From Candidatus Omnitrophota bacterium (lineage in GTDB: Bacteria; Omnitrophota; Gorgyraeia; Duberdicusellales; 4484-171): DNA of 54,982 nt. The DNA is taken from contig JAGOLA010000002.1 of NCBI GenBank assembly GCA_017994375.1, positions 1 through 54,982 of the forward strand. Reading direction: 5' to 3'. The translations under genes were made by a program, and so were the position numbers. This document shows, piece by piece, positions 17,179-25,427 of the stretch (positions are counted from its first letter, which is position 1; the number at the start of each line of letters is the position of its first letter). Below the pieces are notes generated by a model. That model had not been told where the DNA came from. It saw nothing but the letters and a program-made list of their open reading frames with translations, and ran no database searches.

Positions 17179-17342
17179 TCTTCTCCTACAATCTTATCTC
17201 TGCACTTCTCAAAATGTTTAACAAAGCTATTGTACTTAACGCTAGAAAGAAAAGCTGCTCCGATAAAAGCCGATATTACTGCGGCGCTGATCAAAAAATA
17301 TTCCAAAGTAGATTGAGCTTTTCTTTTTTTACTTCTTAACAT
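17175..17342 (-). CDS. Minimal Flp-type pilin of 55 aa, the first gene of the operon, not in the ORF track.
   Basis: ATG at 17342 is preceded by GGAG. TGA at 17175-17177 overlaps the next ATG in an ATGA arrangement. The translation is MLRSKKRKAQSTLEYFLISAAVISAFIGAAFLSSVKYNSFVKHFEKCRDKIVGEE. Confidence 0.7.
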   Translation of the reverse strand: MLRSKKRKAQSTLEYFLISAAVISAFIGAAFLSSVKYNSFVKHFEKCRDKIVGEE

Positions 17343-17354
17343 CTTTTTCTCCAT

Positions 17355-17406
17355 AAAAAAACCGGGCTACCTTTTTATCTTTCCAAGAAGACCTTCGGTA
17401 GCCCGG
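17355..17406 (-). terminator. Intrinsic terminator forming the expression platform of the riboswitch at 17355-17508.
   Basis: CCGGGCUACC (17406-17397) pairs perfectly with GGUAGCCCGG (17371-17362) over 10 bp. Seven U residues follow (17361-17355). The first pilin ATG lies only about 12 nt downstream. Confidence 0.75.
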
Positions 17407-17508
17407 CTATCCTATAAATACGCTTAGGCACACTGAATCCCTAGTTAGGATCCGTAGCTTTGCGCCCCTTGACATCTTTAATGCCAAGGGTTGCCTTTTC
17501 GTCGTCTC
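17355..17508 (-). promoter_or_regulatory. c-di-GMP-I (GEMM-I) riboswitch in the 5' leader of the pilin/tad operon.
   Basis: The minus-strand RNA reads AAAAGGCAACCCUUGGCAUUAAAGAUGUCAAGGGGCGCAAAGCUACGGAUCCUAACUAGGGAUUCAGUGUGCCUAAGCGUAUUUAUAGGAUAGCCGGGCUACCGAAGG. It has the same conserved blocks as the copy at 9591-9735 and as GEMM-I in general, followed by a terminator. Confidence 0.85.
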
Positions 17509-17524
17509 CCCGATTTGCACTCTA

Positions 17525-17554
17525 AATATACCATAATTTATCTACCTGGGGCAA
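17525..17554 (-). promoter_or_regulatory. Candidate promoter with an extended -10 element for the riboswitch and pilin operon.
   Basis: On the minus strand, TTGCCC (17554-17549) is followed by an 18-nt spacer ending in TGG, then TATATT (17530-17525). The TGnTATATT arrangement is an extended -10. Confidence 0.4.
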
Positions 17555-17666
17555 AGAAAAAAGGAAGGAAATTAAAACTATTTGGAAACGATTTCACCGC
17601 CCTACAGCGATCATAACCTCTTACTTCCTCTAGATTTAAAAAATAACTACCTAGCAAGAAACCCAA

Positions 17667-19112
17667 TTATAAGATAAAAACCCGTTTATTATTAATATAA
17701 AGACTATTTTTATTGAAATTTTTCTTCACTTCTAAAGGAATTTTAAGGAATACTTTAACATACTCTTTACCTATCACGAAATTGCCGCTCTTTTCTTTAG
17801 GCTCCCAGCCACCAATAAGTTCTTTAAAAATGACCGAAAGTATTTCCCCCACTAAAATAAAGTCTTTAGGGTTCTTAAATGTCAGTTTTTGGGGTAAAAT
17901 CCGGCTTAAATACTCTTTTTTCTTACTTTTTAGAGTAAAAGCCTTTTCTAATATTGACATTTCTTCACTAAAACCTTTATCTAAATAAGGCCATAAATAT
18001 AAATACTTTTTTACTAAGAAAGGAAGACTTTTAAACTTAGCTCCAATATTAAAATTAGTAAAAATACCCCAAGTAGGAGATAAAACCGGATTTTTTCTTA
18101 TAAGGACATTATTTAATATAACTCCTTTTTTATCTTTCTGTTGTAAAAGCTTTGCTATTGTAATCTGAGTATAAAACTCTCCTATCTCCTCCCAATGCAA
18201 TCTGCGAAAATAGCGGTGTTGGTTAAGAATTAATACCCCTTGAGGAATTATTTTAGGGTAATAGCCTACGGCAAATTTAGGTTGAGCTTGATTTAAGGGT
18301 TGCTCGGCTAAAATCCGGCCTTCTCCGTTAAGAAACTGGATTTTTTTTATTCCGCTTTCTACCCCTCTTAGATAGTCAAAAACTAACGGCGAAAGATAGC
18401 CAAAACTCTTAGTATAGCCAATTATAAGGATTTTGTCGGCTAAAGCTTGCTCTACCTTTTTTATAGCGGCCTTAAGGGGAATATAAAAATATTCTAAATT
18501 GCAGGGTTTGTCCCAAAAAGTTGACATCTTAGCGTCTAGATACCCTTCATAGCCATTCTTAAAATAAAACTTTATGGTAGAAGCTAACTGGACATTTTCT
18601 TTTACCTTATTAAGGTTTATTACTATCTTCTGTTGGGATAAGATGTTTTCAAAGTAGTTAATCTTGTTTAACGGTATATTCTTAAGACCAACTAATCTTA
18701 AAAAGCCTTTTTCTTTTAAGCTTTCGGAAAGAGCTTTATTATTCAAAGAAGAAAACACTGCTAAAACCAGGAATTTCTTAAGAAAATCGTAGTCTAATTT
18801 AGGAAAATAAGTTTTAAGTTCAGAAATTAAATGTTCTAATAAGCCAATTTGGCTATCTAGGGCTTGAAGAAGGATTAAACCGCAATTACTAATCTTATTT
18901 TTATTCTGATATAAAGAGAGTGATTCTTTTCGGCCGAATTTATCTCTTAAACCTTTGGATTTAAATATTTTATGTATTGTGCTCTTAGATAAGTCTATTT
19001 GGTATTTTATCTTTAATAAGCTGGATAAAGCTCTTACCCCTAAATAAGGGAATTTTTTCTTTTCACGAAGAATTATCTTTTTTGACTCGGCAGTAATATT
19101 TTTGCGCGACAT
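17667..19112 (-). CDS. Orphan 481-aa protein with an N-terminal helix-turn-helix-like region. It may be a transposase-derived protein or a regulator.
   Basis: The N-terminus ...KKIILREKKKFPYLGVRALSSLLKIKYQIDLSKSTIHKIFKSKGL resembles the HTH of transposase or regulator N-termini. I could not find a DDE triad or flanking inverted repeats. The gene is markedly more AT-rich than its neighbours. Confidence 0.35.
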   Translation of the reverse strand: MSRKNITAESKKIILREKKKFPYLGVRALSSLLKIKYQIDLSKSTIHKIFKSKGLRDKFGRKESLSLYQNKNKISNCGLILLQALDSQIGLLEHLISELKTYFPKLDYDFLKKFLVLAVFSSLNNKALSESLKEKGFLRLVGLKNIPLNKINYFENILSQQKIVINLNKVKENVQLASTIKFYFKNGYEGYLDAKMSTFWDKPCNLEYFYIPLKAAIKKVEQALADKILIIGYTKSFGYLSPLVFDYLRGVESGIKKIQFLNGEGRILAEQPLNQAQPKFAVGYYPKIIPQGVLILNQHRYFRRLHWEEIGEFYTQITIAKLLQQKDKKGVILNNVLIRKNPVLSPTWGIFTNFNIGAKFKSLPFLVKKYLYLWPYLDKGFSEEMSILEKAFTLKSKKKEYLSRILPQKLTFKNPKDFILVGEILSVIFKELIGGWEPKEKSGNFVIGKEYVKVFLKIPLEVKKNFNKNSLYINNKRVFIL

Positions 19113-19333
19113 ATTTTAAGTATAATTATAACAGAATTTTAGATAATTATTACCTAAAAATAACAAGTTATAAGTCAGTGCGGAACGAAGCGAAGCCGTG
19201 CGAAGCCTTCCCGTCAAGGAATCCCCACAAAGGGGACAAGTCGCAAGGTCACAAGCGAAAAGAGTTGGATATGCTTTGCTAGATACTGAATTCTAAATGA
19301 TTATTAGTAGCTTTGTTTGTTTACAGCTTAAGA

Positions 19334-20137
19334 TTACGTTAGGCTTTCAGCGCTATAGCGGACAAGTGAACCTGTACGTAGAGAGTTTTTATATATTTTT
19401 ACGAAAAATAAATACGCCAGCAATATATATATTACAGCTAGGCCTACGCTTATAAAGAGAGCCGTTAGGGGAAACTCTTTACCCAAGACAATTGCCCTTA
19501 AACCTTCAAATACATAAGAAGGAGGGAGTATTCGCGAGACAGATTGCATCCATTGGGGAAGTGTTGTAATAGGATAAAGAACACCGGCAAAAGGAGAAAT
19601 AATTGCTGGGATTGGCCAAATAAACCATTCTGATGCCGGCCCAAAATGTAAGACTAAGGCACTTCCGAAAATTCCTATAGAAATACCAAATAAAAAAATA
19701 ATCAGAAAAAAAATAAACGTTGTCGCTCCATATGTAAAAAGGGATAATTTAAAAGCCAAGATTACGATAGCCAGCATTACCGTAAGTCCTATTACGCTTG
19801 TCACGATGCTAGAAATTACAAGCCCTGTTACGTACTCCGAAACTAAGAGTGGCGTAGCAAAAACATTAATAAAGTTTTTTGACCAGACATCTTCAAAGAA
19901 AGCCATCGTAACACCCTGCATGATACGTATAAAAAAGTCCCATAAAAGAACTGCTCCGAGTAACGCTGGTATAAAATTGAATCCGGGAGAGCTCACACTA
20001 TTTAGATACTTTGTTAAAAATCCCCAAAGAACCATATCTATTCCAGCCCAAGCAAAAAGAGGAAATATTCTAGAGAAACTTCCTCGGATAATATAGAATT
20101 GTCTAAGAGTTATGGCAAATATGCGATACAAAGACAT
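19334..20137 (-). CDS. ABC-2 type transporter permease.
   Basis: 267 aa with about 6 TM segments. It lies 2 nt downstream of the ABC ATPase gene, the typical ABC-2 exporter arrangement. Confidence 0.75.
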   Translation of the reverse strand: MSLYRIFAITLRQFYIIRGSFSRIFPLFAWAGIDMVLWGFLTKYLNSVSSPGFNFIPALLGAVLLWDFFIRIMQGVTMAFFEDVWSKNFINVFATPLLVSEYVTGLVISSIVTSVIGLTVMLAIVILAFKLSLFTYGATTFIFFLIIFLFGISIGIFGSALVLHFGPASEWFIWPIPAIISPFAGVLYPITTLPQWMQSVSRILPPSYVFEGLRAIVLGKEFPLTALFISVGLAVIYILLAYLFFVKIYKNSLRTGSLVRYSAESLT

Positions 20138-20139
20138 AA

Positions 20140-20883
20140 TTAAGAGTTTTTTAAGGTGAGTGGTTCACGCGCCACTTTTATAAAAAGATCCTCCAAAGTT
20201 TTCTGGCCGTGGCGGGAAGGAAGTTCTTTAGGGTTTCCTTCCAATAGGATTTTACCGTGCGACAAAAATAACACTCGGTCGCACATATCTTCTACTTCAT
20301 ACATATTGTGCGATGCCCATAACATACCGCTTTTCCCAAATGCAGTAAGTTCGCGAATTTTTCCGCGGATTTCATTAGCACTCGCAGGATCAAGCGAAGC
20401 AGTCGGCTCATCGAGTAAAAGTAGTTTGGGATTATTTAGGACTGCTTTGGCAAGTCCAACACGTGTTTGTTCGCCCGAAGAAAGCAAACCGCATTTTTTA
20501 TTACCGAATTTATCTAGGCCGAATTGTTTGATAGCTTTGTCTACGCAACCGTTTATGTCTTTTATGCCGTAAATGCGGGCGAAAATCGAAAGGTTTTGCC
20601 TTACGGTTAAATTACCAGGTAATGGTGTATATACGGCGGTAAAGTTAGTACAAGCAATGGCATGGGAACGATCGGTTTTTAAGTTGAGACCATCGATATG
20701 TATAGTGCCTATATCCGGTTCTAATACTCCCAAAAGCATGTGGATGGTTGTGGTTTTACCGGCGCCGTTGGGGCCAAGAAGGCCAACTATTTCATTTTGC
20801 TTAACGCTAAAAGATATCCCATCTACAGCCGTAATTTTACCGTATGATTTAGAAAGGCTCTTCACTGAAAGTATATCTGGCAT
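20140..20883 (-). CDS. ABC transporter ATP-binding protein.
   Basis: It has Walker A GPNGAGKTT, the signature LSSGEQTRV and Walker B LLLLDEPTASLD. Confidence 0.9.
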   Translation of the reverse strand: MPDILSVKSLSKSYGKITAVDGISFSVKQNEIVGLLGPNGAGKTTTIHMLLGVLEPDIGTIHIDGLNLKTDRSHAIACTNFTAVYTPLPGNLTVRQNLSIFARIYGIKDINGCVDKAIKQFGLDKFGNKKCGLLSSGEQTRVGLAKAVLNNPKLLLLDEPTASLDPASANEIRGKIRELTAFGKSGMLWASHNMYEVEDMCDRVLFLSHGKILLEGNPKELPSRHGQKTLEDLFIKVAREPLTLKNS

Positions 20884-21027
20884 GGGTAGAATTATAGCAT
20901 ACTCACATAAAACAAAGAAGTCCTTTTAGAGTAAAGAGGAGTCCGTCGTGCGTACTACGATAATAAATTACATGCTTCATATCGCAAGTCACAAGTGTAA
21001 GAGAAGGGTATGGCAAATAGTAATAAA

Positions 21028-22137
21028 TTACTTGAAGATATGTTGAGTTTTTAGGCAAACTTTCACTAGCATTAGCATAACCGGCACTTCTATTAAGACA
21101 CCGACGACTGTAGCTAAGGAAGCTCCTGAAGATAAGCCGAAAAGAACAGTTGAAGTAGCAATAGCCACTTCAAAATGGTTGCTAGCTCCGATTAAAGCTG
21201 AAGGCGCAGCGTCGCGATAAGGTAATTTTAGCCATTTTGCTAATCCGTAGGTAATTGCAAAAATTAAGCTAGTTTGAATAAAAAGCGGAATTGCGATCAA
21301 AATAATTATCTGCGGTTGATTAATTATCAGCTCGCCTTTAAAAGAAAACAATAGTAGGAGCGTAAGGAGCAAAGCAGATATCGAAACCGGCGTTAAATAA
21401 TGAAGGAATTGTTCTTCAAACCACTTAAATCCCTTCTTAGCAATTAACCACTTTCGAGAGTAATACCCTAATAATAACGGTAATCCCACATAAATTGCTA
21501 CCGATAATACAATCGTCTGCCAAGGAATGGGCATTTTATTTACTCCTAAAAGCCAACCGCCTAACGGAGCATAAAGAAACAGCATGGTTAAAGAATTAAT
21601 AGCGACCATAACTAGCGTATGGCCGTCATTACCTTTGGCAAGATGGCCCCAAATTAAAACCATCGCAGTGCAAGGTGCTATGCCAAGAAGAATACATCCG
21701 GCGATATACGAGCGAAACAACTCAACCTGCATTCCGCCTTTTACAATCTCCGTTCCCGGAAGCCATCCCTTAAATAAAAACCCGATAAACAACCAAGCAA
21801 TTATAAACATAGTAAACGGCTTAATGCACCAGTTCACAACTAATGTCAGGATAACCGGCTTAGGTGTTTTACCGGCTTTGATAACTTCGGCAAAATCAAT
21901 TTTTACCATGATAGGGTACATCATGAAAAAAAGGCAAATTGCTATAGGAATAGATACTTGATAAACTGAAAACTGATCAAGCTTTACAGCTACCTGCGGA
22001 AATAATTTACCGAAAATAATGCCTAGTCCGATACAAAGAATAACCCAACCGCTAAGATACTTTTCAAAAAAACTTAAGCGGCGTTCCTCGTGAATTACAC
22101 GCTCAATTTTTCTCCTTAAAATAACCGCAGAATACAA
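21028..22137 (-). CDS. acr3: ACR3-family arsenite efflux transporter.
   Basis: 369 aa, polytopic. The N-terminus ...[23 protein letters not shown]... and ...[13 protein letters not shown]... are typical of ACR3/ArsB-type (BART superfamily) proteins. The gene lies in an ars gene context. Confidence 0.8.
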   Translation of the reverse strand: MYSAVILRRKIERVIHEERRLSFFEKYLSGWVILCIGLGIIFGKLFPQVAVKLDQFSVYQVSIPIAICLFFMMYPIMVKIDFAEVIKAGKTPKPVILTLVVNWCIKPFTMFIIAWLFIGFLFKGWLPGTEIVKGGMQVELFRSYIAGCILLGIAPCTAMVLIWGHLAKGNDGHTLVMVAINSLTMLFLYAPLGGWLLGVNKMPIPWQTIVLSVAIYVGLPLLLGYYSRKWLIAKKGFKWFEEQFLHYLTPVSISALLLTLLLLFSFKGELIINQPQIIILIAIPLFIQTSLIFAITYGLAKWLKLPYRDAAPSALIGASNHFEVAIATSTVLFGLSSGASLATVVGVLIEVPVMLMLVKVCLKTQHIFK

Positions 22138-22802
22138 ATCCTCGCATAATACAAACCGACAAGAATAAAAATCAAACCGGTAATCCTGCGGGTATAAAAT
22201 TCAAGCTTTGTAATCTTACTAAACCAGTGGCTCATTGAAGTAACACCCAAAGCGATTGCCACAGCGAAAACCAATACTGGAAGCCCTGTCCCTATCCCAT
22301 AAATAAACGGCAAAAGCGTCCCTGCCTTGCTGTTAAGCGCCAATGAAATCAAACTACCGAAGAATAACGCCGCTGATACAGGACAAAATGCCAAAGCTAA
22401 TATCAGGCCTAAAAGAAAAGCTCCCGGCGCGCCAGATTCAACAAGCTTATTGTGGTGCTTTTGAGACAACGAAATCCCAGGCAACTTCAAAGTGATAACT
22501 TCTAATAAAAATAATCCGGTGATTATCATCAGAGGCCCTAAGGACTTGACCATATATTTCTGCAGGAACTGCGCAACCTGCGGAACATTCAAAAGCGAAT
22601 TGATAATGATCCACCCCAACACCGAATAAGCGGTCATCCTGCCGATTGTGTAAGCCAATCCAGAAATAAAAACAAGCGCTGGATGAACGATTTTCTTTGA
22701 GAGAAACGATACCGCCGCAATGTTTGTAGCCAATGGGCACGGGCTAATTGAAGTCAATATTCCCAGCCACAACGCAGAACCTAAAGCTATCAACAACTCC
22801 AT
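22116..22802 (-). CDS. CcdA/DsbD-family transmembrane thiol-disulfide protein. It may be an ArsG-like permease (uncertain).
   Basis: 228 aa with about 6 TM segments. The N-terminal ...[12 protein letters not shown]... motif is characteristic of the CcdA/DsbD_2 family. Confidence 0.6.
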   Translation of the reverse strand: MELLIALGSALWLGILTSISPCPLATNIAAVSFLSKKIVHPALVFISGLAYTIGRMTAYSVLGWIIINSLLNVPQVAQFLQKYMVKSLGPLMIITGLFLLEVITLKLPGISLSQKHHNKLVESGAPGAFLLGLILALAFCPVSAALFFGSLISLALNSKAGTLLPFIYGIGTGLPVLVFAVAIALGVTSMSHWFSKITKLEFYTRRITGLIFILVGLYYARICILRLF

Positions 22803-23218
22803 TATTGCATGTCCTTGGTAAATTCCTTAATCTCGCCGGTCACGTAATCCATAAACTTTTGCTTATCGCGGACTAAATTCCAGATCTTATCAAGATTCTT
22901 CGATTTAACTTCCTTGTTATCTTTCACTATCGAAAGGATAAGAGATTTGGTGTATAGCTTATAGTCATTCACAAAATGCTCGTTACCACGCTCCTCTACA
23001 TTAACAGCCTTGAATTCAAGTTTTCCTGAAGCGAGAGCGTCTTTAAAATTTGTATCAATTGCCTCTCTTGAAAACTTCTCCATATTAATGCAAGTATAGC
23101 ACCGAAACGATCCATGAAAATAGTACGCAATGACCTTCGCTGAATTATTGTCAGCCGCAAAGACTGTTGAAATGCTAATTACCGCAACAACCGCCAGAAC
23201 TTTTAATACTCTTCTCAC
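22802..23218 (-). CDS. Secreted thioredoxin-fold-like protein with a CxxC motif.
   Basis: I placed the start at GTG 23218, 5 nt after an AGGAGG (23229-23224). This gives MRRVLKVLAVVAVISISTVFA, a signal peptide. The motif FRCYTC is present. The track start at 23251 would overlap the upstream gene by 77 nt. Confidence 0.55.
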   Translation of the reverse strand: MRRVLKVLAVVAVISISTVFAADNNSAKVIAYYFHGSFRCYTCINMEKFSREAIDTNFKDALASGKLEFKAVNVEERGNEHFVNDYKLYTKSLILSIVKDNKEVKSKNLDKIWNLVRDKQKFMDYVTGEIKEFTKDMQ

Positions 23219-23456
23219 ATCCGCCTCCTGAAATGATTGCTTTAATTTCATCCTTGTTAAGAACTTTCCCAGATGAAACTACCTTGCCGTCAACGGCCAG
23301 CCCAGGCGTCATCATGACACCGTATTCGATGATCTTGTCGATATCCGTAACCTTGCCGATCTCGGCTTGAATATTTAATTCTTTTACTGCCGCTTCGGCG
23401 TTGGCTGTTAGCTGTTTACATTTCGGACAGCCGACTCCTAAGATTTCTATTTTCAT
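23175..23456 (-). CDS. Small thioredoxin-family protein (redox-active disulfide protein 2 type) with a Cys-rich tail.
   Basis: MKIEILGVGCPKCKQL...MMTPGLAVDGKVV is the classic pattern of this roughly 77-aa family. This copy carries an extra C-terminal tail, SGGGCEKSIKSSGGCCGN. Confidence 0.75.
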   Translation of the reverse strand: MKIEILGVGCPKCKQLTANAEAAVKELNIQAEIGKVTDIDKIIEYGVMMTPGLAVDGKVVSSGKVLNKDEIKAIISGGGCEKSIKSSGGCCGN

Positions 23457-23469
23457 CTTGCTCCTCCGT

Positions 23470-24243
23470 TTATCTTTTCACTGCAGAAACTTTTATGCTC
23501 ACGATCGCGTCTTGAGCGTCTTGGAAACCGTCGAACATCGTATCCACCGGATAACTCGCCTCGCTTACTATCTTGATGTCCTTAAACCCTGCTTTCTCAA
23601 TAAACCTGAGATACTCGTCTTTCTTAATCGCTCCGGCCAGACAACCCACATACGCCTCAACTGATTCCTTTATCTGCTTAGGCAGGTCTTTAGCTAGCAC
23701 CAAATCAGAAATCATCAACCGGCCGCCGGACTTAAGCACCCTGAATGCCTCTTTGAATACCGCCTCTTTGTCCGGAGATAGATTTATAACGCAATTGGAT
23801 ATGATCACATCAATAACATTATCCTCAATCGGAAGTTTCTCTATTTCGCCTGAGCGGAACTCCACGTTATTGAAATCGCCTTTTTTAGCGTTCGACCGAG
23901 CCCTTTCCAGCATTTCCGGAGTCATGTCCACACCAATGACACGGCCGGTTTTGCCAACCTTCCTTGCCGCAAGGAAAGCGTCAAATCCCGCACCGCTTCC
24001 TAAATCGAGCACTACATCGCCTTCTTTTAGGGAAGCGATGGCCACCGGATTGCCACACCCGAGCCCCAAGTTCGCCCCTTCTGGGACAGCGTTCATCTCA
24101 TCATCGGAGTAACCAATGGTCATGCTGATATCCCGGGAATTGTTTGAAGATGAACAACACGAACTGGGAGAACAACAGGACGTTCCCTGTTTGACTACTT
24201 TGGCGTAGCCTTCCTTGACAATCTTCTTAATATCTTTCTCCAT
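23470..24243 (-). CDS. arsM: Arsenite S-adenosylmethionine methyltransferase.
   Basis: It has the SAM motif VLDLGSGAGFD and the conserved ArsM cysteines in GLGCGNP, ISNCVINL and YVGCLAGA. The N-terminus has a Cys-rich stretch, CCSPSSCC. Confidence 0.85.
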   Translation of the reverse strand: MEKDIKKIVKEGYAKVVKQGTSCCSPSSCCSSSNNSRDISMTIGYSDDEMNAVPEGANLGLGCGNPVAIASLKEGDVVLDLGSGAGFDAFLAARKVGKTGRVIGVDMTPEMLERARSNAKKGDFNNVEFRSGEIEKLPIEDNVIDVIISNCVINLSPDKEAVFKEAFRVLKSGGRLMISDLVLAKDLPKQIKESVEAYVGCLAGAIKKDEYLRFIEKAGFKDIKIVSEASYPVDTMFDGFQDAQDAIVSIKVSAVKR

Positions 24244-24254
24244 AATCTCCTCGC

Positions 24255-25427
24255 TTATTTAACGATAAAACCAAAAATCATTCCGCTTATGGTAGCCATG
24301 ACAACCACAAGCGCCACATATATAAGCGTCTTTTTTGTGCCGATAACGCCTCGAATAACCAGCATGCTCGGCAAGCTCAATGCAGGCCCGGCTAAAAGAA
24401 GCGCTAAAGCAGGGCCTTTTCCCATGCCAGAGCCGATAAGCCCCTGAAGGATAGGCACCTCGGTAAGTGTGGCAAAATACATGAATGCCGCCACAATCGA
24501 TGAGAAGAAATTCGCCCTTAGAGAATTCCCTCCGACCAATGCCTCTACCCAGCGTGAAGGAATAATGCCTTCATGGCCAACCCTGCCCAAGAGGAAGCCA
24601 GAAACCAAAACACCGCCTAAAAGAAGCGGCAATATCTGCAGAGCAAAACCCCATGAAGCGGATGTCCACTCTTTAAGCTCATCCTTCTTGAACCAATTCA
24701 TGAGCGTCAATCCTAAAACCACCAAGAAGAATCCGGTAATCCACCATTTAGACGCATAGATCAAGCTCCAAATGCCGGTATCGCCTTCTATTGGTTTGCC
24801 CCAATTAGCAAACACTAGTATTGCTACCATCGAGAAAAAATAAATAATATCTTTCCAGAGCGGCCGGGATGCCTTAACCTCGCCGAATTGAAGGTCGCCG
24901 CTAGCGTGACGGGCACGTTCTTCTTTAAGAAAGATTAAATGCATGAGCAATCCTATAACAATGCTAAAAACAACTGCTCCTATTGCCCTGCCTAATCCTA
25001 ACTGCCAGCCGAGAATACGAGCGGTAAGAATAATCGCCAATACGTTTATCGCGGGTCCTGAATATAGGAAGGCGATTGCAGGCCCAAGTCCAGCACCTCT
25101 CTTATAAATCCCCGAAAACAACGGCAGAACCGTACATGAACAAACAGCGAGAATAGTCCCGGATACTGAAGCCACGCTGTAAGAAAGAAACTTATTGGCC
25201 TTCGCCCCAAAATACTTCATCACCGACGCTTGGCTGACAAATACCGAGATTGCCCCCGCTATAAAGAACGCCGGGATAAGGCACAAAAGCACATGCTCCC
25301 GGGCGTACCATTTGACAAGAGCCAAAGCCTCAAATATAGCATTACTAAATCGCAGATTTTCTACAGGCAGATAAAAACATGCTAAAAACGCCGCTACGAT
25401 ATAAAGAAACTTCTTCCATTTCTTCAT
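24255..25427 (-). CDS. ArsP-like / DUF318-type permease.
   Basis: 390 aa, polytopic. The motif AVCSCTVLPLF is typical of the 'predicted permease' family found in ars operons. Confidence 0.65.
   Translation of the reverse strand: MKKWKKFLYIVAAFLACFYLPVENLRFSNAIFEALALVKWYAREHVLLCLIPAFFIAGAISVFVSQASVMKYFGAKANKFLSYSVASVSGTILAVCSCTVLPLFSGIYKRGAGLGPAIAFLYSGPAINVLAIILTARILGWQLGLGRAIGAVVFSIVIGLLMHLIFLKEERARHASGDLQFGEVKASRPLWKDIIYFFSMVAILVFANWGKPIEGDTGIWSLIYASKWWITGFFLVVLGLTLMNWFKKDELKEWTSASWGFALQILPLLLGGVLVSGFLLGRVGHEGIIPSRWVEALVGGNSLRANFFSSIVAAFMYFATLTEVPILQGLIGSGMGKGPALALLLAGPALSLPSMLVIRGVIGTKKTLIYVALVVVMATISGMIFGFIVK

Noticed and set aside
14033-17342. The repeated pilin gene starts could be mistaken for a CRISPR-like or other regular DNA repeat array.
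   Set aside because: The units are complete ORFs of different lengths (144-640 bp) with protein-level rather than DNA-level similarity. There are no fixed-length direct repeats or spacers.
19150-19262. The GC-rich junction could encode a small basic peptide (GTG...TAG, about 34 aa) or a tRNA-like RNA.
   Set aside because: There is no Shine-Dalgarno sequence, no convincing fold and no family resemblance. I treat it only as a compositional junction or repeat-bearing spacer.
22447-22740. A 97-aa minus-strand ORF is nested inside the CcdA-like gene in another frame.
   Set aside because: It lies entirely within a better-supported polytopic membrane protein gene and has no recognisable features.
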